The notes under the pieces: model-generated
Databases searched by the model: none
What the model was told of the DNA's origin: nothing
The model's input: the letters and a program-made list of their open reading frames with translations, nothing else
DNA from: Porphyridium purpureum
Taxonomy: Eukaryota
Reading direction: 5' to 3'
Length of the DNA: 64,000 nucleotides
NCBI GenBank assembly: GCA_008690995.1
Contig: VRMN01000001.1
Span: forward strand, 1,364,001 to 1,428,000
Translations under genes and position numbers: made by a program
Shown: positions 52,690 to 63,077 of the stretch, in pieces
Position numbering within the stretch: the stretch's first letter is position 1
Layout of the letters: each line of letters starts with the position of its first letter

Positions 52690-54123
52690 TCAAGCGTCAA
52701 GCACCCTTGTCCACTCTTCCGCGAGCCGCTGCGCGCGTGAAACAAGCGCGGCTTCCACATCTGACCCAGGCACTAACGTACCAAAGTGCTCGCGATACAG
52801 TTTCATCTTGCGCAGGACCGCGCGATCGTAGGTCTCTTTCCGCAGAAGGTCTTGCTCCTCGGACAGCGCATCAACTTTGCTCTGCCATTCCGAGTCTGAG
52901 AGCATGTAATTTTCGGCTATCGAGTCGGCGTGACATGCCACGTCAGCGGGCTTGGCAATCGGAATCCAGATGAATTTCTTTTCTTTTCTGAACCACTTGG
53001 CCTGCGCACCAGCATAGTTTCGCGACGCCGTTTTGAAGTCTGTCAGGTATTCGCGAAAGGCTTTGAGACGCTCCTCCTCATTTCCATCGGTGCAGACAAG
53101 CTTCGCTAGCTTTTCCAGAAATTCAATTGTTTGCCGATACCCGATCGCTCTTCCGACGCTCGAATCTTTCATAAGCAGGCTATTGATACACAAGTGGCCC
53201 ACCTCCTCCAGCAAGCCATTCTCGAGCATCTGTTCACACCGGCGATCGATCCGCTCATATAGCGGCGTTCGTGGGCCGCTGATAAAGTAGCATTGGGACT
53301 CAAATGGACCATAACCCACGCCACGCGCCTCTTGACTCGCAATATCGCGCGTGACGTCCGTTCTCGCCAGGCCAGGTTGCTCCTTGATGAGGCGCGGCAC
53401 AGCGCCAGAGTGCGAAAATGTGTCAAAGCTCTGACCTGTTTCCAAAAATATCTCCAGGCTTCGAGAAAGCCGATACCAATCGTTCCTGGTCATCTGCGAT
53501 GCACGCACTGGATCACGATCAGCCAGAATCTTCAATGCCTTGTCCCAGTCTCCGCCAGCACTGCCAATCATCGCGTCTGCTTCCGCACGCACTTTCGGAT
53601 CGCTCGGAGGCGCGGCCGGCTTGCCAAAGACCAGCCAGCGAATGTACATCATGGTGCCGCCGACCACGATGGGCACGGCACCGCGCTGCAGCACATCATG
53701 GATCACCGCGACGGCAGCATCAAAGTACTGACCCGCACTAATTGGCTTATCGCGCCGCAGCGACCAAGCATCCACGAGGTGGTGACGCACGGCGCGCTGC
53801 TCGTCCAGTGAAGGCTTGTTCGAACCGATAGTTAATTCCTCGTAAACCTGCACGCTATCTGCTACCACAATCTCGGGCTGCAGTCCCCGACGCCGCATCT
53901 CGACCGCCACGGCCATGGCCAAGTCGCTCTTGCCAGAAGCCGTGGGCCCGGAGACCACGAGAATGCGCCGCGGGCTGCCCGCGCTCGCGCGCCCCTCCAT
54001 CACAAGCTGGAGCGCTGCTGGGCGGCGGATCGAAACGCTGCTGTGCAGTGGCACGAGCGCGCAGCGGCTAAGGCTTTGCCCAAGCTTATGTACGGGAGAG
54101 TGCCATGCGCAGAAACTCGCCAT
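52690..54123 (-). CDS. miaA: tRNA dimethylallyltransferase (MiaA/IPT)
   Basis: SGPTASGKS, ADSVQVY..LTIGSNKP, HHLVD, PIVVGGTMMY, NDWYRLSRSLE, AIGYRQ, SRNYA..Q.KWF. Confidence 0.95.
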   Translation of the reverse strand: MASFCAWHSPVHKLGQSLSRCALVPLHSSVSIRRPAALQLVMEGRASAGSPRRILVVSGPTASGKSDLAMAVAVEMRRRGLQPEIVVADSVQVYEELTIGSNKPSLDEQRAVRHHLVDAWSLRRDKPISAGQYFDAAVAVIHDVLQRGAVPIVVGGTMMYIRWLVFGKPAAPPSDPKVRAEADAMIGSAGGDWDKALKILADRDPVRASQMTRNDWYRLSRSLEIFLETGQSFDTFSHSGAVPRLIKEQPGLARTDVTRDIASQEARGVGYGPFESQCYFISGPRTPLYERIDRRCEQMLENGLLEEVGHLCINSLLMKDSSVGRAIGYRQTIEFLEKLAKLVCTDGNEEERLKAFREYLTDFKTASRNYAGAQAKWFRKEKKFIWIPIAKPADVACHADSIAENYMLSDSEWQSKVDALSEEQDLLRKETYDRAVLRKMKLYREHFGTLVPGSDVEAALVSRAQRLAEEWTRVLDA

Positions 54124-54220
54124 GCCAGGCAACCACTCGCAGAGACCATTCACATTAACAATGATATGTACTTTTAGAAGTCACTCTATAGCGCGCTCGC
54201 TCGGCAAGTGATCGCCCGCC

Positions 54221-54709
54221 TCACGCAGGGGACGGGTGCGAACGTGCGCGAGGCCTGGGTGCTGAAATTCGCCCGCTGTCAAATCTTAATCGAGAGCGCT
54301 GGCTGTTCAGGTTGCTCTCCACCGGAACGCGCTGGGGAATAAAGGTTGGGCTGAGCAGCCCACCTCCGCCGCACCTTGGGCACCTTTCCTTCTTTAACCC
54401 CGCGCACTTCTCGCATCCTTGCTGCCTAGTTTTTGCTCCGGCTCCTGACCAGCGCGTGCACATGCACGGGACAAACCCTGTGCCTTCGCAGGTAGGGCAC
54501 GGCACACCTTCGTCCTCCATCGACGGCCGCCGCTGCTGGTCCAGAAGGTTGTATATCAATCCCGCCAGCGCCGCGACGCCGGTCACTGCCAGCGTCGGTG
54601 ACACAACAAAGCACGCCGGCGACCTGGGCGCTCCGACCGATGCGACGCCGTGCCCGCCATTGCCACAGCTCACCGCTGCGTGCCGCTGTCCGTTCCGAAC
54701 GGGCTGCAT
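54221..54709 (-). CDS. DnaJ-type zinc-finger protein with one TM helix
   Basis: CPTCEGTG..CMC..CEKCAG..CPRCGGGG. Confidence 0.8.
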   Translation of the reverse strand: MQPVRNGQRHAAVSCGNGGHGVASVGAPRSPACFVVSPTLAVTGVAALAGLIYNLLDQQRRPSMEDEGVPCPTCEGTGFVPCMCTRWSGAGAKTRQQGCEKCAGLKKERCPRCGGGGLLSPTFIPQRVPVESNLNSQRSRLRFDSGRISAPRPRARSHPSPA

Positions 54710-56180
54710 GATAAATACTCTACCCCGACCACACACCTTCCGCCGTCAAGAAACGCAGCCCTCTGCCTCGCCACCCGCTGATTGCCCACCTCTCTAGTCT
54801 GCAACAACCAAGCACGCGAGCCTAACCCCAGCCAAAGACACACCTAGCCGCAACCTTGTGACTCGAACACGTTCCGCAGTCTTTCCGCTCGTGCGAGATG
54901 CCGCTCCACCGACAGGCACCGTTCCACGTTCCGGACTCCGCGCCACCTACTTATACCTCCAAGCCGCTTTCCCCCGTGTCGCTTTCTCGATCCCTCTTAC
55001 ACATCCAGCGCACGCTCACTCCGCTTTCCCGCAGCCTTCTCCCACCCTTCTTCCCCTCTGTCCCTGTCTCCTATAACACAACCCGAGGCTCTGCATCAGC
55101 CTGGCAGCTCTCTCTCTCTCTAAAAGCGCGTACCGCAAAGCCGAGTTGACATCAATCCGCCCCGTTTACTTAGAACCTGTTCTTCCACCGCACAAAAGCA
55201 CTCAAACACACTCGCACGCCGATATGGCCGGACCACGTTTTTCAAAAATCGCTGTACCGTGTGCCGTGGGTTCTAAGCAATCAACCTCGCGTATGACCAA
55301 CACGCGCGCCCCCCTCCCTACACACTCTATGCGCTCATAGGGTTTTTATGGGAACTGCCTATGTTTGTCTCTCTGTGTGTGTGTTTTGAGAACAGGAGTG
55401 TACCTAGGGGTACAGCTATTGTGAGTGGCGCCTATTTTTTGGTGGCGGAGGTGTAGTGTACAGTTGTGAGTGACACGGTCCGTTTCGTTTGAGAGTGCGT
55501 GCGTGCGTGTTGGTTAGCAGGTGTTCTTTTTTGGGGGGATGGTTTGGTATGAAATTTTTGTTTGTTCCTTTTTACATGGGCGCGTTCTTGTGGGTGTATA
55601 GGAATGCAGCGGGATTGCATAGGAACGTTCGAGTTCTGTCGTCTGTGTGGGGTTGTGTCTGCTGCTGTATTCATCACGCAGTCTCGGTCGGATTTTTGGT
55701 GTGAAATCGGCACGGGTTTGGTAGTCTGGTTGGTTTGTTGAGCAGGTGTGCGCTTTTGTCGGGAATTGCAAGCCGAGGGATGGGGTGAGGGTTTGGGGAT
55801 AAGGTGGTGTGTGTTGGGAAGAGGGGATACAAAGAAGGCGATCAAGATTGCGTTGGGAGACGCCGGCCAAAGTGGCAAGCGGCAGCGAGGCGGATCGGGC
55901 GCGGTGGGCGTGGCGGGGGGTGCGTGCGGGTCGAGGGAAGGATATGAGAATTGATGCACCGCAGGCAAGGCCGCAGGTGCAACAGCGAACGCGCGAGGGG
56001 GGAGCCCAAACAAGCCATCTGTGATCGGGTGTGCATGCGCAAAGGTAGGCTTTACAAGCATTAGAGCGCGGGGTGGGTAGGCTTCACACTAAGGCGGAAC
56101 GGGGCACGGAGAGAGGCCGACCGAGGGGTGGGGGTCACGGCGCACAGTGAGGGAGCGGGTTTCGACGAGATAGTCGCGAG

Positions 56181-56693
56181 ATGGCGCGGAGGAGAAATCG
56201 GGAGGGTCCCGGTGTCGGCAAGGTCGTGGACGGAGTCAAGGTCGAGTTTGTGTATGCCGATGGAGCAAAGGACGATGTCCAGCTGTCTGGCGATTGGAAT
56301 GATTGGAAAGCAATTCAAATGTTTCACGAGGGTGGAGGCATGTGGTCAGTGGTGACGCCGGTGCCTCCGGGTCCGCACGAGTTTAAATTTATTGTTGATG
56401 GCGAGTGGAAGCATTCCAACCGCCATCCGACAATTGGTATTGACGAAACCTCGCTGAACAATGTTCGGTACGTTCTTCCGGAGCCGGATCTGAGTCAGGA
56501 GGGTATGGCGACGGGCGCCGGCGACCCGCGACAACGCGAACGTGGATCTGCGGCTCGACCAGGTGCCGCCAGCTCGGCACCTACATCAGCACCCTCATCT
56601 GCCGCGGCGCCCCCGGCTGCGGCCGCCACTGGCGTCGGTGGAGGTGTGGGCGGAACTGCGGCCAAAAAGAAAGGCATGTTTGGCGCCAAGTAA
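56181..56693 (+). CDS. CBM48 / AMPK-beta-like glucan-binding domain protein
   Basis: GAKDDVQLSGDWNDW..M..WSV..PPGPHEFKFIVDGEW..NNV. Confidence 0.88.
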   Translation: MARRRNREGPGVGKVVDGVKVEFVYADGAKDDVQLSGDWNDWKAIQMFHEGGGMWSVVTPVPPGPHEFKFIVDGEWKHSNRHPTIGIDETSLNNVRYVLPEPDLSQEGMATGAGDPRQRERGSAARPGAASSAPTSAPSSAAAPPAAAATGVGGGVGGTAAKKKGMFGAK

Positions 56694-57143
56694 GCTTATC
56701 TTCCGGGATACCGCTAGACGTGCCTTGATATCGGTCTATATCATTTCAGAGGGGTGGGTGCCAAGCGTGTACTTTTTGGGGCGTTGTCGCGTGTTTCGGA
56801 TCAGGCGATCAAACGGGAGGACACGCACGCGGAAGCATAAGCCTGCAAGAAAAGAAAGAGCAGAAGAAAGTAAACAGAAAGGTGAGCGGTCGGCGAAGGA
56901 AATGAGTTAGTACTCTGCGCTTCTTCGCGGGCCTGTGGGACTGACACTTATGAAACACACTTCGAAACCTGGCTCGAGTAAACCGCGTCACAGCAAATGC
57001 CCGTAAGAAGCAGGCACATTCCCGAAGCACGAAGAGTGCCCAGACTTAATGCAGAAGAAACCGCTACACATGTTTACTTGGACACAGTGGGCATCAACGC
57101 CGATTGCATGCTCTGGATCGCAAGCCCCTACTTCCATCTTCTT

Positions 57144-57752
57144 TCAACCGACAAGCATAAGCGCAATCATCGTTAGAGTGTTCATGATTACGAGTGGAAC
57201 TGGGAAGTGAACAGAGAACACGGGGCAGATGCACGGGTAGCCGAAGGTTACCGGAATTAAAACATTCGAGTGCCGGATTACGCACAAAGCAAGGCCACGA
57301 TAGTCAGCATCCACACGTCCTGATGAAGACACGCCGACTTCGATGCGTCCAAAACGTAGGGCAAGGAGTGCTCCAAACTTACCTGGCATGACTAATCGGA
57401 TCGCCTTGAGAAGCTGCGCGATCTGTCGCTTAATACCTTGGTCGTGTTGAGTCGCTTCTTCGCTCAGCCCAACTGAAATGCGAAATATGTTGACCAGCAT
57501 ACGCGGACGAACAAGAGAAAGAAAGTAACAACAGCGCGCACGGGGTTATGATTGCGCTGGTCAGACTCCGCTCAAAATTGCTCAAAGAAGGAGATACCAT
57601 GAAACAGGAAGGAGACGCAGACAGATGCTCCTTGCCTCGCCATGGTTCCCGCGCAACGTACCTTTGTCTAGAAACCGTTGCTCGTGAAGGATTGTGACCG
57701 AGTTGGCGAACAGCAGGAACGCTTGGAAGACAAGAAAGAGCGTTAGAGCCAT
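57144..57752 (-). CDS. YOS1: Yos1 / IER3IP1 ER-Golgi membrane protein; exons 57752-57662, 57472-57383, 57199-57144 (78 aa)
   Basis: Spliced product MALTLFLVFQAFLLFANSVTILHEQRFLDKVGLSEEATQHDQGIKRQIAQLLKAIRLVMPVPLVIMNTLTMIALMLVG; GTACG..CAG and GTAAG..CAG introns. Confidence 0.9.
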
Positions 57753-58178
57753 TTGAACGTCCGTGCTGCCTGTTCAGACTGCGACGCGCACATCACCGCA
57801 ATAGCGCCGCGGTCGACATCCACAAAGTTTGATGTGCCGGCAGTTACCCTGCGGTCAAACGGCAGAGCAGTACATTGCACAGTACCTCCAATCGACGAAA
57901 CACTCCAAGGAAAGAAGATGGTGAGCGAGTAGACGACGAGTCGGTGACTCGTCTTTCGGTGCAACGCAGTATTGAAAAATTTGTACATTTTATTTCGTTC
58001 GACTCGCCAAGTTTCAAGCCTTCAGACGAGGACTCTCGAGTCTCGCCCGCATTTGGTGCTGGTCGCGCAGATGCGTCCTTGCTGAGTTTTGCGCTGCGAC
58101 TCTGATGAACAGAAGCCCTACCACATTTCAACGACATCCCTCCGGCCCCTGTCACCCTTGCTAGCCTGCAGTGAGAAC

Positions 58179-58646
58179 TTACTGGATGTCAATCACGCGA
58201 GTCGCAGACGACTCGACGTACTCACGCTTCGGCAGCTCAATTGAGACAATGCCGTCCTTTGCAGAGGCTGCAATCTTGTCAACCATAATATCATTCCCAA
58301 GGTCCATGCTCTGCTCGAACGCGCGCGAAGAAAAGCTGTGCATGGGGCCATCCGCTCGGCCTTCCGAACTCTCTAATTTACCGCTCACCTTGAGAACATT
58401 GTCCTTGACCTCCAGCTTAATGTTTTCCTTTGGAATTCCAGGCGCTTCAATGTTCACGACGAACTTGTCGTCAAATTCCTGCATCTCGCTCGGCGGTCCG
58501 ACGAGCGTGGGGTCGAACATGCGGTTCCACTCGTTGCGCGCGCTACCAAAGGGAGCATCCATAATCTTGTCAATCAAGTCCCACGTGTTTCCTCGGCTGC
58601 CACGCAGCGAGGCCAGCGGTCCAAGTCCACGAGCACGAAGTGCCAT
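58179..58646 (-). CDS. Small heat-shock protein (HSP20, alpha-crystallin domain)
   Basis: EAPGIPKENIKLEVKDNVLKVSG..F..SMDL..I.ASAKDGIVSIELPK..IDIQ. Confidence 0.93.
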   Translation of the reverse strand: MALRARGLGPLASLRGSRGNTWDLIDKIMDAPFGSARNEWNRMFDPTLVGPPSEMQEFDDKFVVNIEAPGIPKENIKLEVKDNVLKVSGKLESSEGRADGPMHSFSSRAFEQSMDLGNDIMVDKIAASAKDGIVSIELPKREYVESSATRVIDIQ

Positions 58647-58772
58647 CTTTCCAGACTTTTTATCTGCTCCAACGCCTACTCTCGCTCAGCTCCGTACCTG
58701 TTCGCTGGCTCTTCCTCCACCCTTCCGCTGCCACTCATACAATCTCCGACCTTTGTTGGTGCAGAGCGACCA

Positions 58773-58910
58773 ATTTATACCCGTGTCGAATCGCCATCTC
58801 AGGCCGCAGCAGCAGAGGCGCAAGCAGTCGCCCGAGCCTTCCGGAAAATTCTCGAGGCAGATTCGCCATGCCGCAGCCACTTGCACGGAGCCATCCGGAA
58901 AATTCTCGAG
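58773..58910 (-). promoter_or_regulatory. sHSP promoter: TATA box and two heat-shock elements
   Basis: TATAAA on the minus strand near 58774-58779; GAGccTTCcgGAAaaTTCtcGAG at 58834-58856 and a one-mismatch copy at 58888-58910. Confidence 0.85.
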
Positions 58911-59001
58911 CCTCTCTGGCCAGAACTGTACTTCTGCGCTGTACTGGCTGCTAGAACGCGGTTCAGTGCGCTCACGATATGTACACTTGTAGCCATGTGA
59001 A

Positions 59002-59799
59002 CGTGGAATTTTAGGGTTCCGCCCCGAGAGACGCCGTAGGGTTTTGAGTACAAAACCCTAGAAAGTTCTATGATGAAAGATTGTTCGAGAAGCGTGATGA
59101 TCTCGGACCTGCGAAATGTTTGTCATTGTCGTTTTGTGTGGCCTTGTGCAAAGGTCAAAGGCCGGCCGAAGCTTCTGGATTCGTTCTTGACGCGCCCTCC
59201 CGGCCATTTTCCGGATACGTGGCCGGCTGTGGTTGCGAGTTGTGGAACGAATCAAAACCTGTGGTGGAAATTCGTCCTGTTGGAGAAATTTGTTCTCCCG
59301 TCCTTGCTGGAAAGAGCAAGGACGAAGGGTATAAAAGGACGAAGGGGCAAGCTGGTTCCCAGGAATTTCCAGGTCAAGGTAGAAGAAGAGGTAAGGGCAA
59401 ATAGAATAAAAAAGAGAATTGGTTAGTTGGATTGAGGCAGTCGTTGGAAGACTTGGGTTGGATTTGCGGGAGAGGCACGCTAGCGTGTTGTGCGAGCGGA
59501 TATCGGTCTGGAGTGTTTTTAAAAAGGCAGCTGGGGTTTAAACGTACCTTCCATCACCCTTCACTTGTCAAGACCGGTCCACTCCCTCTCGTAGTCCCCT
59601 ATAAGTTGAATTTTCTGTCCTCTCTTCCTTTCTAGCCACTTTTCTCTGATTGTCCCGCTTGTCCTTCCGTTCGTTTCGGTGTGTCGGTTCGTCGTCGGTT
59701 TGTCAGTTTCCGGGGTGTGGCGGTTTCCAGTTCCTGTTATCGGTGAAGCGGTCCGGTTTTGTTGATTCGGTTACAAAGCAGAAAGGGAGAAATTCCAAG
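59002..59799 (+). repeat. First LTR of element 2 (798 bp)
   Basis: Begins CGTGGAATT, ends AATTCCAAG, followed by TGGTATCATCGC; TATAAAA at 59330-59336. Confidence 0.9.
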
Positions 59800-59828
59800 T
59801 GGTATCATCGCCCGGTTGTTTGGAGAAA

Positions 59829-62311
59829 ATGGAAAGCCATGAAATGGAAATGAATGTCCCGCAGGAGAATGCGGCATGGATTGAGGCAGCTAATCAGCTG
59901 CATGCGCGCATTGCGGGACAGGAGATGATGATGGGAATGAGTTCAAGGGAGATGTGGGGAGACTGGTGCGTGAACACCTCATAAAGCACGAGGTGGGGAT
60001 TCCGTACAGGCCAAACAGTCACGCTGAACAGGAGCGGTTTCACCACACGCTGAATCAGGGAATCCGTGCGAATCTTGTGCAGGCCGGACTCGGGAAGCGT
60101 TGGTTCATGCACGCCGCGCAGCATTTTGCGTTCATGACGAATAGACTTCACGTGGGCAGGAAGTCTGGAAAGACGCCGTTTGAATTACGACATGGTGAAA
60201 AATGGTCGCCGAGAAATCTTAGTTTGCCATTCGGGTGCAAGGTGGTCTACAAAGATGATCAGCCTGACAATAAGTATGCACCGCGAGGAAAAGTTGGCAT
60301 TCTCGTCGGCGTTGGAGAGCATCCGATGGCACTTTTGGTGCTTCCTCGGGATGACTGGACGAGTGAGACCCCAAAAGTAATTCGCACTCAGGATTTTAAG
60401 GCATTTACCCATGAGTTCCCTTTAAAAGGAATTGAACGAGAGATGGTGAGCCTTAGCCAGCAGGAAGAGTTGCCAGAAGTGGACGAACCATCCGCGGTTG
60501 AAGCGGTGCAGGACTTGGATCGTCGTATCGATGCTCTCAGAACTAGAGAAGCGGAGCTTGAGAAAGAGATCGAGGCATTGAAAGTGAGGGTGGTTGACGA
60601 AGAACGGGCAGCAGGCACGGGTGGTCCAGTGGCGATCCCACAGTTGAACTTGACGACTTTGCTGAAAACTGGAGCGGCGTTGGCGTCTGAGCAAGGACGA
60701 GCCGCGATGGAAAAAGAAGTCAAATCCATGCTGAAATTTGGGGTATGGGATGAGAGTCCCTTGACGCTGGAGGAGGCCCGGAGGCAACCTGGTGCTCGTT
60801 TCGTACGCACACATTTCATTTTCGGTCTGAAATTTGCTGAGATGCCGGAAGAATTTCGCAAGGTGAAGTGCCGCTTGGTGGCCGGGGGAAACAGGATATG
60901 GGGGTCCGATGGAGCTGCGACGAATGACATTTTTGATTATGAGACGCCTGCTGGTTTGTCAGCTATCCGAATGATAATAGCTGTGGCTGCAATTCTGGGC
61001 CTTCAGATTGTTAGCTTCGACATCAGTTCGGCATACCTCCATGCGGACCTGTCTGGGCCACCTACGTTTGCATATTTACCGCGTGAAATTTGTGATTCAA
61101 AAGGCACAGTAGTCAGGCTGAGAAAGGCGCTGTATGGCTTGCCCAGGAGCGGCTCGGATTTCTCACAAGATGCTCGGAGGAGATTGCAAAAGTTCCAGTG
61201 GAAGCTCGTGCATGGTGAAAAGAATGTGTACGTCCGGAGAAATGCTGCAAGTTCGTCAGTTGCATTGCTGGCTCTGTACGTGGATGATGGTCTATTAGCC
61301 TGTCGAGAGGAGGAACGCCCAGGAATCATCGAAGAATTGAAACAAGAGTTTCTCATGGAAAAAGCACCAGAACTATTGACGGAAGGGGGATCCTTGAGAT
61401 TCCTGGGGACGAGCATTTCCCTCAAAAATGGGAGCGTGAGTTTGGCGAATCAAGAGTATCAAGATGTGGTCGTTCGGGAATTTGAGCAGGATATTAGACG
61501 CGTATTGCGTGCCGTGAAGTCACCATCTGAGAAGCTAGATGGCGAGGAAGTTCTGAATTATCAAGTCATCTGGAAGACTTTGAAAGTAAGAGAACACGTC
61601 GGGAGGCTGATGTGGCTCGCCAGAACGGTTCGACCTGACATTGCGTATGCAGTCGGTATGATTGCCCGGTACGTTGACAAGTGGAATATGGCAGCAGAAA
61701 GGCTGCTCGTACGAGTCGTGCAGTATTTGAAAACACCTCGGGAAGCATTGGAGTATCACGTGTTGGGGAATCTCAAGGAAGGCATCAGAGGGGTGAACAT
61801 TGTTGGATACACGGATGCTGACTTTGCTGGTTGTCCAGAGAGTCGTGTGTCGACTTCTGGAAGAGCAACGTACTTAGTTGCTGGAGATTACAAGTACCTA
61901 GTGGATTGGTCTTCAAGAAAGAAGCGTTTCGTGAGCTCGTCGACTTCAGAGTCGGAGCTGGCCGCCCTAGAGGAAACTGTGCAACTCTCGTTGTTTCCTG
62001 CATTGTCTTTCTTGCGAAGTATACGTGACGGAGAGTTCTCGGTGATTTTGATGTGTGACAATCAAGCTGTGATGCGAGTAATAGAGATGGGGTACTCGCC
62101 AAAGTTGCATCATATGGCGATAACCCGAGCAACAGATTTGGCCTGGTTGCATCAGGTGTGCGAAAAGCAGAAACTTGTGAAACTGGTATTTGTGAAGACG
62201 GACGAAAATGTGGCGGACTTAATGACCAAGGCCTTATTTCCGGAGGGCCACATTAAGTGCTGGGAGAAGTTACGCGTCCCTCAGACCGGAAGGAGGAGCG
62301 TGGAATTTTAG
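59829..62311 (+). pseudogene. pol: gag N-terminal stub fused out of frame to a 5'-truncated pol (half IN, coiled coil, intact RT-RNase H)
   Basis: WIEAANQLHARIAGQEMM (gag) joins DDGNEFKG (integrase) at 59924-59933; ORF 59954-62311 aligns with element 1 Pol. Confidence 0.9.
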
Positions 62312-63077
62312 GGTTCCGCCCCGAGAGACGCCGTAGGGTTTTGAGTACAAAACCCTAGAAAGTTCTATGATGAAAGATTGTTCGAGAAGCGTGATGATCT
62401 CGGACCTGTGAAATGTTTGTCATTGTCGTTTTGTGTGGCCTTGTGCAAAGGTCAAAGGCCGGCCGAAGCTTCTGGATTCGTTCTTGACGCGCCCTCCCGG
62501 CCATTTTCCGGATACGTGGCCGGCTGTGGTTGCGAGTTGTGGAACGAATCAAAACCTGTGGTGGAAATTCGTCCTGTTGGGAAATTTGAATTCTCCGTCC
62601 CGCTGGAAAGAGCAAGGACGAAGGGTATAAAAGGACGAAGGCGTTGGTTCCCAGGAACTGCGTCAAGGGGTAGAAGAAGAGGGGCAAGAAATAAAAAGAG
62701 AATTCAATAGCTAATTGAGCATTAGCCGGAAGACTTGGGTTGGATTTCAGGAGAGGCACGCGAAGCGTGCTGTGCGAGCGGGATATCGGTCTGGAGCGTT
62801 TTTAAAAAAGGCAGCTAATTTAAACAAAACCTTCCATCACCCTTCACTCTAATAAGACCGGTCCACTCTCCTCGTAGTCCCCTATAAGCTGGAATTTTCT
62901 TGTCCCTCTTCTAGCCACCTCTTTCTGATTGTCCCGCTTGTCCTTCCGTTCGCTCTCGGTGTGTCGGTTCGCCGTCGGCCTTGTCAGTTCTGGGTGCGGC
63001 GGCTCTCAGTCCTGCTATCGGTGAAGCGGTCCGGCTCTTTTGCTGATCTGGTTACAAAGCAGAAAGGGAGAAATCGC
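62299..63077 (+). repeat. Second (shared) LTR of element 2; 3' end and PBS degraded
   Basis: Repeat of 59002-59799: near identical for about 280 bp, then many small indels. Confidence 0.85.

Noticed and set aside
33793..54123. Functional clustering of tRNA-modification genes (DUS3, ELP6, miaA) or PLP genes
   Set aside because: Interspersed with unrelated genes on both strands; expected by chance in a dense genome.
55150..56180. GT-rich stretch with several ORFs upstream of the CBM48 gene
   Set aside because: Compositionally biased; probably promoter, UTR or intron; no supportable gene.
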